Below, piece after piece: positions 46,946-56,500 of a stretch of 64,000 nucleotides of DNA; positions within the stretch are counted from its first letter, which is position 1; each line of letters starts with the position of its first letter. The translations under genes were made by a program, and so were the position numbers. The notes under the pieces were generated by a model. The model searched no databases. It saw nothing but the letters and a program-made list of their open reading frames with translations, and had not been told where the DNA came from. Origin of the DNA: a virus (lineage: Duplodnaviria; Caudoviricetes); IMG/VR virus record IMGVR_UViG_2767802080_000001, positions 1-64,000 of that record, one strand, 5' to 3'.

Positions 46946-48584
46946 CCCGGAGCGGGCGCTGATCGAGCGGCAGGTCCTGGAGCTCGTCCGCGCCGGGGAC
47001 GTCAAGACCCTGCGCCTGCTCCGCGACCGGGCGCAGCGCAAGCGGGACGAGAAGACCGCCCGCCGCATCATCAAGTACATGTACGACCCGGCCGGGTGGG
47101 CGCGGGACTGTATCGACTGGGGCGACGACGGCGGCACCACCGCGTATCAGGCGGAGATCCTCTCCGCCCTCGCCGAGCACCACCGCGCGGCCGTACGCGG
47201 CCCGCACGGCCTCGGCAAGACCGGCCTCGCCTCGTGGGCCGTCCTCTGGTTCGCGACGACGCGGGAGGCCGCGGGCATCGACTGGAAGGTCCTCGTCACG
47301 GCCTCGGCGTGGCGGCACCTGTCGGTCTACCTGTGGCCCGAGATCCACAAGTGGGCGCGGCGCATCCGCTGGGACGTCCTGGGGCGGCAGCCCTTCAGCG
47401 AACTGCGAGAGCTCCTCACCCTGAACCTGAAGCTGGTGCACGGCGCGGCCACGCCCGTCGCCTCGCACAAGCCGGAGCTGATCGAGGGCGCGCACGCCGA
47501 GTCCCTGCTGTACATGATCGACGAGGCGAAGGTCGTCGTGGACGGCACCTGGGACGCCATCGAGGGCGCCTTCTCCGGTGGCCGCACCGACCGGACGCTC
47601 CCGGAGGCTTTCGCCCTCGCGATCAGCACCCCGGGCCCGCCCGCGGGCCGCTTCTACGACATCCACCGCCGCGCCCCCGGCCTTGAGGACTGGTGGGTCC
47701 GCCACGTCACCCTCGCCGAAGCCGTCGCTGCCGGGCGCATCAGCCCGCAGTGGGCGGAGCAGCGCGCCCGCCAGTGGGGCCGCGACTCCGCGATGTTCGC
47801 CAACCGCGTCCTGGGGGAGTTCCACGCCAGCGACGAGGACTCCGTCATCCCCCTCGCCTGGGTGGAGGCAGCCATCGAACGCTGGCATGCCTGGGACGGC
47901 GCCGGACGACCGGCCCTCGAGGGCCGCCGCATCCTCGGGGTCGACGTCGCCCGCTCCGGCGGCGACTCCACCGTGTTCGCGCACCGCCAGGGCCACGCGA
48001 TCACAGAGCTGGAGATCCACGACCGCGAGGACACCATGCAGACCACCGCCCGCGTACAGGCCGCCGTCGGCCAGGGCGAGCAGGAGCGGGTGCCGGTGGT
48101 CGACTCCATGGGCGTGGGCGGCGGCGTCGTCGACCGGCTCCGCGAACTCAACGTGCCCGTCCTGGCGTACACCGGCGCAGCCAAGTCGCGCAGCCGCACG
48201 CGTGACGGCGAGTGGGGGTTCACCAACCTGCGCAGCGCCGCCTACTGGCGCGTGCGCGAGCTCCTCGATCCCGCCTTCGACGCCGAGCTGCTGCTCCCCC
48301 CGGACGACCTCCTCATCAGCGACCTGACTGCGCCGACGTGGAAGACCCTCACGGGCATCCCGCCCAAGATCCAGATCGAGCCGAAGGAGCAGCTGGTCGA
48401 GCGCCTGGGACGCTCACCCGACCGCGGCGACGCAGTGGTGATGGCGCTCGCCTCCGAGTTGCTCGCCTCGTCCACCGTGCACGTCCCCGTCCGCCGCGAG
48501 ACAGACCGGCAGTTGCCGCGGGCCGCCGCACGGTACGGGCGCTCGCTCGGGCATGGCGGGGGCGCAGCAGGGCCCGGCCGCTGA
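46929..48584 (+). CDS. terL: Terminase large subunit
   Basis: GPHGLGKT Walker A, YMIDEA Walker B, STP, GVDVARSGGD, SPDRGDA. Confidence 0.93.
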   Translation: MPAASDPERALIERQVLELVRAGDVKTLRLLRDRAQRKRDEKTARRIIKYMYDPAGWARDCIDWGDDGGTTAYQAEILSALAEHHRAAVRGPHGLGKTGLASWAVLWFATTREAAGIDWKVLVTASAWRHLSVYLWPEIHKWARRIRWDVLGRQPFSELRELLTLNLKLVHGAATPVASHKPELIEGAHAESLLYMIDEAKVVVDGTWDAIEGAFSGGRTDRTLPEAFALAISTPGPPAGRFYDIHRRAPGLEDWWVRHVTLAEAVAAGRISPQWAEQRARQWGRDSAMFANRVLGEFHASDEDSVIPLAWVEAAIERWHAWDGAGRPALEGRRILGVDVARSGGDSTVFAHRQGHAITELEIHDREDTMQTTARVQAAVGQGEQERVPVVDSMGVGGGVVDRLRELNVPVLAYTGAAKSRSRTRDGEWGFTNLRSAAYWRVRELLDPAFDAELLLPPDDLLISDLTAPTWKTLTGIPPKIQIEPKEQLVERLGRSPDRGDAVVMALASELLASSTVHVPVRRETDRQLPRAAARYGRSLGHGGGAAGPGR

Positions 48585-48620
48585 CCGGCGGCGGTGCGCA
48601 TGCCGGCAGCCGCTGGTCCG

Positions 48621-48806
48621 TCAGTCGGGCAGAGTGACAGCGAGGGTGATGTTGTACGCGAGCTCGCGGCCCTCGCTGCCGTCCGGACCGCGGTCACGGA
48701 GGCTGAAGTGAACCGTCGGCCCCACATCGTCCGCCTGGCTGCGTACAACCTTCTCGGCGATCTCCTGCGTATCGGCCCGGATATTGACGATCGCTTCCCT
48801 GGGCAT
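48621..48806 (-). CDS. Small hypothetical moron protein
   Basis: MPREAIVNIRAD..., GGAG upstream; lower-GC segment. Confidence 0.5.
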   Translation of the reverse strand: MPREAIVNIRADTQEIAEKVVRSQADDVGPTVHFSLRDRGPDGSEGRELAYNITLAVTLPD

Positions 48807-48856
48807 AGTGGGTCTCCATCCTGGCTTCATTGTCCCGCCGTCCCGCTGGCGGTGCA

Positions 48857-49446
48857 TGTCCTGTGCCACTGAATCTTGACCGTTTGCCACTGAACTTTGA
48901 CCAGTTGCGCCGAGCATCTCCGCGTACTTCGGGCACCGACCTACTCTGTGGTGCCATGGATGACGAGCTGACCAACGACGACCATCTCCGGGCCCTGGCC
49001 GCGCTGGAGGCCGTCGTCCAGAACAACGACAGCGCCCTGGAGGTCTTGGCGGGCGGCGCGCACGAGCGCCCGCTGGCGGCCCTGCTCGCCGCGTACGGAC
49101 AGCACACGCTTCACCGCGTCCTGCTCGCCGCGTTCGGCATCGAGGCCGCCATGACCCATGACGAGACCGGCCAGCGCGTCGCGGAGCTCAACGGCGATCC
49201 CATGGCGCGCATCGTCTTCCTCCTGACCGACTCCCTCCACCACCAGGCTGCCCTCGCTGGCGACGACCTCGTCACCGCCAAACGGATTGGCGGATCCATC
49301 CTGCTCGCGATCCACGTCTTCACCGACGCGGACAACCAGGACGCGTTGACCCTGCTGCGCGCCCTGCGCAACGAGGCCCTCCGAGCTGGCTGACGACGCC
49401 GGTCAAAGTTCGGTGGCAAACGGTCAAGATTCAGTGGCACAGGACA
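48857..49446. mobile_element. Non-autonomous IS21-like cassette (590 bp) with one passenger gene
   Basis: 46-bp terminal inverted repeats 48857-48902 / 49401-49446 (1 mismatch), TGT...ACA ends, flanking GTGCA direct repeats, no transposase. Confidence 0.85.
48956..49393 (+). CDS. Helical hypothetical passenger protein
   Basis: Fills the space between the inverted repeats; GC3 bias. Confidence 0.75.
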   Translation: MDDELTNDDHLRALAALEAVVQNNDSALEVLAGGAHERPLAALLAAYGQHTLHRVLLAAFGIEAAMTHDETGQRVAELNGDPMARIVFLLTDSLHHQAALAGDDLVTAKRIGGSILLAIHVFTDADNQDALTLLRALRNEALRAG

Positions 49447-49495
49447 GTGCACGCCAGTGCTGCCCAGCGAGCAGCACCCGCCTACTATCGAAAGC

Positions 49496-49834
49496 GTGAT
49501 CGAAGAGCCGGAGCAGGCGCCGCCCTGGCGCCCCGAGCACGGGCCCGCCCCGCAGGTCCACACATGGCCGTGCGGCGGCCGCCCGGCCTTGGAGGTGTAC
49601 GCCAACGGCCGGTGGCGCTACGCCCCCGTCGGTGCCCGGCACGACTACGCGGACGGCCGTGTCGCCTACCTCGTCGAGGTCGACCTCGACGGCTCCACGA
49701 GCGTCAGTCACCGCGCGTACTGGTGGCCTCAGCCCGGCCTCAGGAAGGCCCACGGGCCGGTGGGTGCGGCGGACGCCGCCATGCCCCGCCCTCACGTGCG
49801 CCGCTCCCGCCCGCCCGCGCAGGGGCAGGCGTAG
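49496..49834 (+). CDS. Hypothetical protein with SOS-box-like site over its start
   Basis: TACTAT -10, then TCGAAAGCGTGATCGA spanning the GTG. Confidence 0.65.
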   Translation: MIEEPEQAPPWRPEHGPAPQVHTWPCGGRPALEVYANGRWRYAPVGARHDYADGRVAYLVEVDLDGSTSVSHRAYWWPQPGLRKAHGPVGAADAAMPRPHVRRSRPPAQGQA

Positions 49835-49837
49835 CGC

Positions 49838-50206
49838 CTAGGTCATGCCGGCCGCACCGGCCCTCTCCGGCAGCGGCGCGTACTTCAGCGCGATCCGCGC
49901 CTTCACGACGTCCGCCCCGCTGAGCTGCCCCCAGTACGGGTGCGTGATCACAGCCGCGGCCTTCTCTCGCAGCGCTTCCCGGAGCTCCTCCAGCTCCGCC
50001 GCGTCGGCAGGTTCATACCCCTTGCTGGCAGCGCGCGACGACCGCAGCCACCGGTGATCGGCGCCGCTGTCGTCCCAGCCCTCATGCGGCTCGGCTGCCC
50101 ACGGCAGCCGGGCGCACAGTGCCGTGTACCTCGCGCTGAGGTCGGCGAGCACGTGCTGTTCCTCGATGAGGTCACGGGGGAAGTCAAAAGCGGGGGCGTC
50201 GGGCAT
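49838..50206 (-). CDS. Hypothetical protein with SOS-box-like site over its start
   Basis: Minus strand TAAAAT, then TCGAGCACATGCCCGA spanning the ATG; FDFPRDL...LPW...HPYW. Confidence 0.75.
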   Translation of the reverse strand: MPDAPAFDFPRDLIEEQHVLADLSARYTALCARLPWAAEPHEGWDDSGADHRWLRSSRAASKGYEPADAAELEELREALREKAAAVITHPYWGQLSGADVVKARIALKYAPLPERAGAAGMT

Positions 50207-50367
50207 GTGCTCGATTTTATGGCCGCGGTGACTGAATCCGTCGCCCGCGGCCCGACGCGGACCCGAGTGCACCCCGCCTGGCGGCCGAAGGGGGAGTGGC
50301 GGCAGGTGCTGCCTGGTTGCCCTACTCTGTCCGCCCCCGTCGCCCCCTTCTTCGACTGGAGACGCCC

Positions 50368-50565
50368 GTGAGCTCCCCGTTGAACCTGACTGCCGAGCAG
50401 CTCCGGAAGATCAGCTCGGCGCTCGACGACATGGCCGATATCACTCGGGCCCATGGTGTCAGCCTCTGCCCCTACGGCCGACAGCAGCTCGGCCTCGAGG
50501 ACAACGTGCTCGCGTTCTCATGGGACGGCAGCGCGTACGTCATCGATGACAGCAACGGTGACTGA
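50368..50565 (+). CDS. Small hypothetical protein
   Basis: RBS GGAG; GC3 bias. Confidence 0.55.
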   Translation: MSSPLNLTAEQLRKISSALDDMADITRAHGVSLCPYGRQQLGLEDNVLAFSWDGSAYVIDDSNGD

Positions 50566-50695
50566 GCGGAGACCCGGGACCGCACGCCCGAGCCACAGAT
50601 CTTCCGGCTGAAGATCAGAGCAACCGGAGATCTTCCGGCCCTGGCTTATAGTGTCCGCCCGCAACCGGAAGATCTCCCGCGCAAGGGGGCGCCCC

Positions 50696-51034
50696 ATGAT
50701 CGGCCCAGCGGAGTTCGCCCTGCTCGCCGCCGCCAGCTACCGCGGCACGCAGCTCGTCGTCCACGACAGCATCCTCGACCCCCTCCGAGACCGCGTCGCC
50801 GCCTGGGAGGACCGCGCCGACAGCCGCGCCCGCACGGCGCTCCTGACCCTCATCTCCTGCATCTACTGCAGCGGCTGGTGGGTATCCGGCGCCGTCCTCG
50901 CCACCTGGCTTCTCGCCACCGGCCAGTGGCACGGCGTGGCCCCGGCCGTGCACGCCGTCGAGTGGTTCGCCGTCGCCGGGGTGCAGGCCCTCCTCAACCG
51001 CTGGGACGACAGCCGCGATACGGCGGAGTCCTGA
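50696..51034 (+). CDS. DUF1360-like membrane protein
   Basis: ASYR.TQLVV.D.I..P.R, LISCIYCSGWW; usual position before the actinophage portal. Confidence 0.8.
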   Translation: MIGPAEFALLAAASYRGTQLVVHDSILDPLRDRVAAWEDRADSRARTALLTLISCIYCSGWWVSGAVLATWLLATGQWHGVAPAVHAVEWFAVAGVQALLNRWDDSRDTAES

Positions 51035-52773
51035 TGGCCAACCTCACCGCCGCCGCCCAGCGCTTCATCGACCGCCGCCTCAGGCGCGGCAGGAACGCCA
51101 CCCCGGACAAGGCGTGGCAGCTCGCCGCCTGGGGCTTCTACCGGCGCGTGCCCGAGGTGTACTTCTCCGCCGCCTACAACGGCCACGCCATGGCCCGCGC
51201 CCGCCTCTTCGCCGGACGCCGCGCCGACGACGGCACGATCGAACCGGCCCCCGACGACCACCCCGCCACAGAGATCGTCTCTCAGATCGCGGGCGGCCCC
51301 GACGGACAGTCCAAGCTCCTCGGAGCGTTCGGCAAGCACCTCACCATCGCGGGCGAGGGCTGGGTCGTCGTCCGCCCCAACTCCGAGGTGAGAAACCCCG
51401 ACGTCCCCGAGGACGGCCACGACTGGCTGACCCTGTCCGTCCGCGAGGTCGAGCAGCAGAACGGCAAGCTGTCCGTCCAGATCGACGGCGAAGACATCGA
51501 GATCCCCGCAGGCGACCCCGACACCCTCGACCCCCAGGCGCCCGTGGCGCTCCGCGTATGGACGGCCGACCCCGAGCGCGCCATCGAGGCCGACAGCCCC
51601 GTCCGCTCCAGTCTCGGCCTCCTCGAAGAGCTGGAACTCCTGAACGCCGCCGTCAAGGCCATCGCCAGGAGCAGGCTCACGGGCCGCGGCATCCTCCTCG
51701 TCCCCAAGGGCGTGCGTTTCCCCACCAAGCCCGGCCAGTCAGACGCCGAGGACGACCTGATCGAGATGCTGATGACCGTCGCCGAGACGGCCATTCGCGA
51801 GCCCGACAGCGCCGCCGCCACCATCCCCATCGTCCTCGAAGTCCCGTCCGACTCGATCGCGAGCTTCAAGCTGATCACCTTCGAGTCCGAATTCGACGAG
51901 CTCGCGATCAAGCTCCGCGAGGAGGCGATCCGCCGCTACGCCACCGGCCTGGAGATGCCCGCCGAGATCCTCCTCGGCATGGGCGACATCAACCACTGGG
52001 GCGCGTGGCAGCTCACCGAGGAGGCGATCAGCCTCGGCATCGAGCCCAAGCTCGCCACGGTCGCCCACGCCCTCACCCTGCAGTGGCTGCGCCCCCTCCT
52101 CCAGGCCGAGCGCGTCCCCGACTGGCACCGGTGGCTCGTCTGGTACGACACCGCCCCCCTGCGCGTACGCAGCAACCGCAGCCAGGTCGCCCTGGAGACA
52201 TGGGACCGGGGCCTGATCTCCGACACGGCGGCCCGGCGCGAGACCGGCTTCGACGACGCCGACGCCCCCGACACGCCCCCGAAGCGCCCGAAGGCACGCA
52301 CCGAACCCCAGGACGACGACACCAGCACGCCGGAGGTGGACCTGCCCGTGGACGAGACGAACAGCGAACCCGACACCCTGCCCGCATCCCTCGCCTACGC
52401 CCCGCCCATCGACCCGGCGCTCCTGGCCGCAGCGGACGGCCTGATCTGGGCCGCCCTGTCCGCCGCAGGGGAGAAGCTGCGCCGCACGCCGGCATGCCCG
52501 CGCTCCGAACGCGCCCGCGCCCGCGAGCTCCAGCCCGCGCAGCTCCACACGATCCTCATCATCGAGCAGGACGAGGTCGACCGGTGGCGTCTCCTCGACG
52601 GCGCATGGGCGCGCCTGCCCGAGGTCGCCGACCGCTACGGCGTCGACCCGGACTGTCTCACCGCAGCCCTGGACACCTACGCCCGGGAGCTCATCACCGC
52701 CGGGGTCGAGCACTCCTACGACCTGGTCCCCAGCGCCCTCCACCCCTGCACGGCCGCGCGGGAGGCCGCATGA
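51034..52773 (+). CDS. Portal protein
   Basis: WQ..AW.FY..VPE, SRLTGRGILLVP, PAEILLG....NHWGAW; position after terL. Confidence 0.85.
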   Translation: MANLTAAAQRFIDRRLRRGRNATPDKAWQLAAWGFYRRVPEVYFSAAYNGHAMARARLFAGRRADDGTIEPAPDDHPATEIVSQIAGGPDGQSKLLGAFGKHLTIAGEGWVVVRPNSEVRNPDVPEDGHDWLTLSVREVEQQNGKLSVQIDGEDIEIPAGDPDTLDPQAPVALRVWTADPERAIEADSPVRSSLGLLEELELLNAAVKAIARSRLTGRGILLVPKGVRFPTKPGQSDAEDDLIEMLMTVAETAIREPDSAAATIPIVLEVPSDSIASFKLITFESEFDELAIKLREEAIRRYATGLEMPAEILLGMGDINHWGAWQLTEEAISLGIEPKLATVAHALTLQWLRPLLQAERVPDWHRWLVWYDTAPLRVRSNRSQVALETWDRGLISDTAARRETGFDDADAPDTPPKRPKARTEPQDDDTSTPEVDLPVDETNSEPDTLPASLAYAPPIDPALLAAADGLIWAALSAAGEKLRRTPACPRSERARARELQPAQLHTILIIEQDEVDRWRLLDGAWARLPEVADRYGVDPDCLTAALDTYARELITAGVEHSYDLVPSALHPCTAAREAA

Positions 52774-52973
52774 GCCGCCCCGATCCGCCCGACGACTTCA
52801 CCGTGCAGATCGGCGGCGTGCGCGCCGAGTGGTGCGCCACATGCAAGGCGTGGACCAAGACCACCGGTGACGCGCAGCTCCTCACCCCGGACGGCGTCAC
52901 CGCCCTCGGCACCTGGGGCGTCTGCCAGATCTGCGAAGACCCCGAGGTTCGCCAGGAGGGACGACGTGCCTGA
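52770..52973 (+). CDS. Small Zn-ribbon protein
   Basis: CATC...CQIC. Confidence 0.65.
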   Translation: MSRPDPPDDFTVQIGGVRAEWCATCKAWTKTTGDAQLLTPDGVTALGTWGVCQICEDPEVRQEGRRA

Positions 52974-53166
52974 CAGTCGCCATCACGCCAGCCTCTGCAC
53001 CGAGTGCGGCGGCCTCGTCGCTGTCGAGCTGCTGAGACTCCATCCCGCCAGCCTCACCCTCACTGCGGAGGACGGACAGGTGATCTCGTACGACAACCCG
53101 CGCGTCTACGTCGGCCCCGTCGTGAAGTGCACCGCCCGTCCCAGCGCCACCGGAGGCAGCCCGTGA
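52966..53166 (+). CDS. Small hypothetical protein
   Basis: CTECG; RBS GGAGGG. Confidence 0.55.
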   Translation: MPDSRHHASLCTECGGLVAVELLRLHPASLTLTAEDGQVISYDNPRVYVGPVVKCTARPSATGGSP

Positions 53167-53567
53167 GCTGCTTCCCTGACGAGTACTACAGGGCCCTGTT
53201 CGCCGCCGCCGGGGACATCCCCGCCGAAATCCTCTTCAGCACGGACGACTCCAGCCACTGGGAGGCGTGGCGGCTCCCTCACGAGTCCCAGGCGCCCGGC
53301 ACAGTACCGGCACCCAGGAGGGAAGCCCCCGTGCCCGACACCCCCGATGACGAAGAGCCCGCACCCGAGGGACCGCCCAAGGAGTACGTGGCACCGCCTG
53401 GCCACTCCCGCGCCGGGCACCGCGTGCACGGCTGGTGCTCGCGCTGCCCGGGCCGCGAAGTGTGGGAGGAGCTCCTCGCCTGGCGGCTGCGCGACAACGA
53501 GGCCAACGACGAGTCCCCGGCGCCCGACCGGGCACCGGCACCGAGCAGGGAGGCCGCTCGTGGCTGA
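53163..53567 (+). CDS. Hypothetical protein containing a portal-like peptide
   Basis: IPAEILF...SHWEAW; coupled on both sides. Confidence 0.55.
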   Translation: MSCFPDEYYRALFAAAGDIPAEILFSTDDSSHWEAWRLPHESQAPGTVPAPRREAPVPDTPDDEEPAPEGPPKEYVAPPGHSRAGHRVHGWCSRCPGREVWEELLAWRLRDNEANDESPAPDRAPAPSREAARG

Positions 53568-56500
53568 CGACCTGGAGGGCGCGCTCGCCGCCGCCGAGGA
53601 GGACGTCGCCGCCGAGGTGCGCGCGATCCTCGACGACGTCGCCGCCGAGTTCGCCGCCGAGCTGGCTGACGCGACCGAGCTGGTGGCCGCACGCTTCTCC
53701 GTGTCCCGTATCGCCGGCATGTGGTCCCGCCACGTCCCCCGCCTGATGCGGCGTCTCTTCGGCGCGGGCGAGACTGCCGCGCGCACCGCTGCCGACAGCG
53801 TCGACGCGCAGCTGCCCGACGACTTCGAGGACCTCCCCGCCCGCTACGACGACGGCACCCTGCCCACCGGCCTCGGCGAGTACGCCGAGAGCACCGAGCA
53901 CCTGCTGCGCGCTGTCGGGGACCGGCTCGCCGAGACCGCGGTCCGGGAGCTCGCGACCGGCCTCGACGCGGGCGAGGACATCGACGCCCTCCGCGCCCGC
54001 CTGCGCGCCGTCTTCGACGCAGAGGGCGCGCAGTTGGGGGAGACCCGGGAGGAGCGCATCGCGCGCACCGAGGCGGCCCGCGTGTGGAACGCCGCCACCC
54101 TCGCGGCGGCGGACGCGCTCGACGGCCTTGAGCGGCCCCTGGTGAAGCAGTGGGTCACCCGCCGCGACTCCCGCGTCCGTGACGCTCACGATGCCGTCGA
54201 CGGCTTCGTGCGGCTCCTCGACGACACGTTCACCGTCGCCGGTGTCCCCATGGCCTACCCAGGCGACCCCACCGCCCCCGCCGCCCTCACCGTCAACTGC
54301 CGGTGCATCCTGCGACTTCAAACCGCCCACCGGGCTGCCGCCTTGGAATCTCAGGATCGCCTCGGGGGCGGACTTATCAAAGCGCGGCCCGCGGACGCCG
54401 AGCACACCGCGGCCGCCGACGGGAGCCACCGCAGCGGCGCCATGATCGCCCTCATGCCCACCGAGGACGACGCCCGGCGCCTGGCCATCGAGGGCGGCGA
54501 GCCCGCCGAGGAGCTGCACCTCACCCTGTACTTCCTCGGCGAGGGCGCCGACTGGACCGAGGACCAGCGCAACGAGCTGATCGGGAACCTCCACGCGTCC
54601 GCCGCCGAACTCGGCGCACCGCTGCACGCCTTCGCCTTCGGAGCCGCCCACTGGAACCCCGCCAGCGACACCCCGTCGTGGGTGTGGAACGTCGGCGACG
54701 ACCGCGACCGGCCGCTCGACACACCCACTCTGGCCTACGCCCACGCCCTCGCCACCTACGCGCTGGACACCCACGAGCGGCCCGAGCTTCCCGTCCAGCA
54801 CTCCCCGTGGGCGGCCCACGTCTGCGCCGCCTACAGCGACGACCCGGCCCTCCTGGGCGAACTCGTCGCCCGCACCGGCCCGATCACCTTCGACCGCCTG
54901 CGCGTGGCTTTCGCGGGCGAGCACACCGACATCCCCCTCGCGCCCCGGGAGGAGCCCATGCCCGACACCACAGCGGCCGCCACACCGGTCCGCGCCTGGT
55001 CCACGCCCGACGAAACCGCCATCGCCTACGAAGACGAGGAGACCGGCGACGGCCGGATCTTCGCTCGGGACAGCCTCTACTGGGACGCGCCCGGCCCCTG
55101 GCCCCTTCAGTACGCCGACGAGATGCTCATGGGCCACGAGGGCGCCGAGCTCGCCGGGCAGATCGACACCATGGGCCGGGAGGGCGGCCGCATCCCCGCC
55201 ACCGGCGTTCTCTACGCCACCCGGCCCGCCGGACAGGACGCGATCCACCTCCTCGAAGAGGGCGCTCCCCTGGGCGTCAGCGTCGACCTCGACGACGTCG
55301 ACATGGAGGTCATCGACCGCACCAAGACCGACGACGACGGTGACGTGCTCGTCCTCGCCGCGTCGCTGCCCTCCGCCAGCGTGCTGCGCCTGGCCGACGG
55401 CGCGTACATGCTCTCGGCTGCCACGGCCGGGGAGTGGACCGCGGACGGCGGCACCCTCACCCGCGCTCGCCACAACGTCCAGCTCTTCACCGGCCCCGAC
55501 GGCCGGATCAGCTCAGCCGCGTTCGCCGCCGCGTTCGCCGGGACGGGCGTCCTCACCGCGGCCGCCGGGGACCGCGACGACCCCGAGCAGGGCACGGTCG
55601 TCCACACCCAGCACGCCGGGGACGTCCTGATGAGGATCACCCGGGCGCGCGTGCGCGGCGCCACCCTCGTCGCCATGCCCGCCTACAGCAGGGCCCGCAT
55701 CGTCCTCGACGCCGCCGAGGAGACCGCGGCCGCCGCCGCGCCACCCGCCCTGTCCGCGTCGGGCGACGACCACGAGCGCGTCATCAGCTACGTGCGGACC
55801 TCGCCCGTCGCCGTCGGCGCCCGCGAGACGTCAGGCGCGGTCGGCATCGGCATGAACAGTGCCCGCGCCCACCTCGCCCGCGCGGCCAAGGCGGGCCGCC
55901 TGGTCCGCCTTGCCCCCGGCCTCTACGCCGGACCCTGCACCACCATGAGCGACGAGCAGCAAGCCGCCTGCCGGGGCCTGTCGGCCGCCGCGTCGGGTGA
56001 CCTGGACCTGCCCGTCCACGAGGACCCTGATGCCGCCTGGGATGGCGACCAGGCCGCTTCCCGCATCCTCGCCTGGGCCACCGGCGAGGATGGCACGGTG
56101 GACGCGGACCGGCTCGGCGCCGCCTTCCTCTACCGCGACCCCGACAAGGACGCGACGACCCTCGCCGCCTACAAGCTGCCCTTCGCTGACCTCTTCCCGT
56201 CCGGGGACGGCGAGCGCCTGGAGGTCGTGGCCCGAGCCGTGTTCGCCGTCGCCGGGGTCCTGCAGGGCGCCATGGGCGGCGTCGACCTCCCCGAGGACGA
56301 GCGGGACAGCATCCGGGCCCGCGTCGAACAGCTCTATGCCCGGCTCGCTGAGGCGTACGACGACCCGTCGCTCACCGCCCCCTGGGACGACGGCCAGGAC
56401 GATGACGATGAGGGCATGGCGGCCTCGCTCGCCGAGCTGGAGGCGTCGGCCTGGTCCGCGATGCGCGACCTGCCCCCGATGCCCGCGCGCTGGTTCGCCG

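Noticed and set aside
53236-55473. 745-aa minus-strand ORF and similar long antisense ORFs throughout
   Set aside because: Expected high-GC shadow frames opposite well-supported genes
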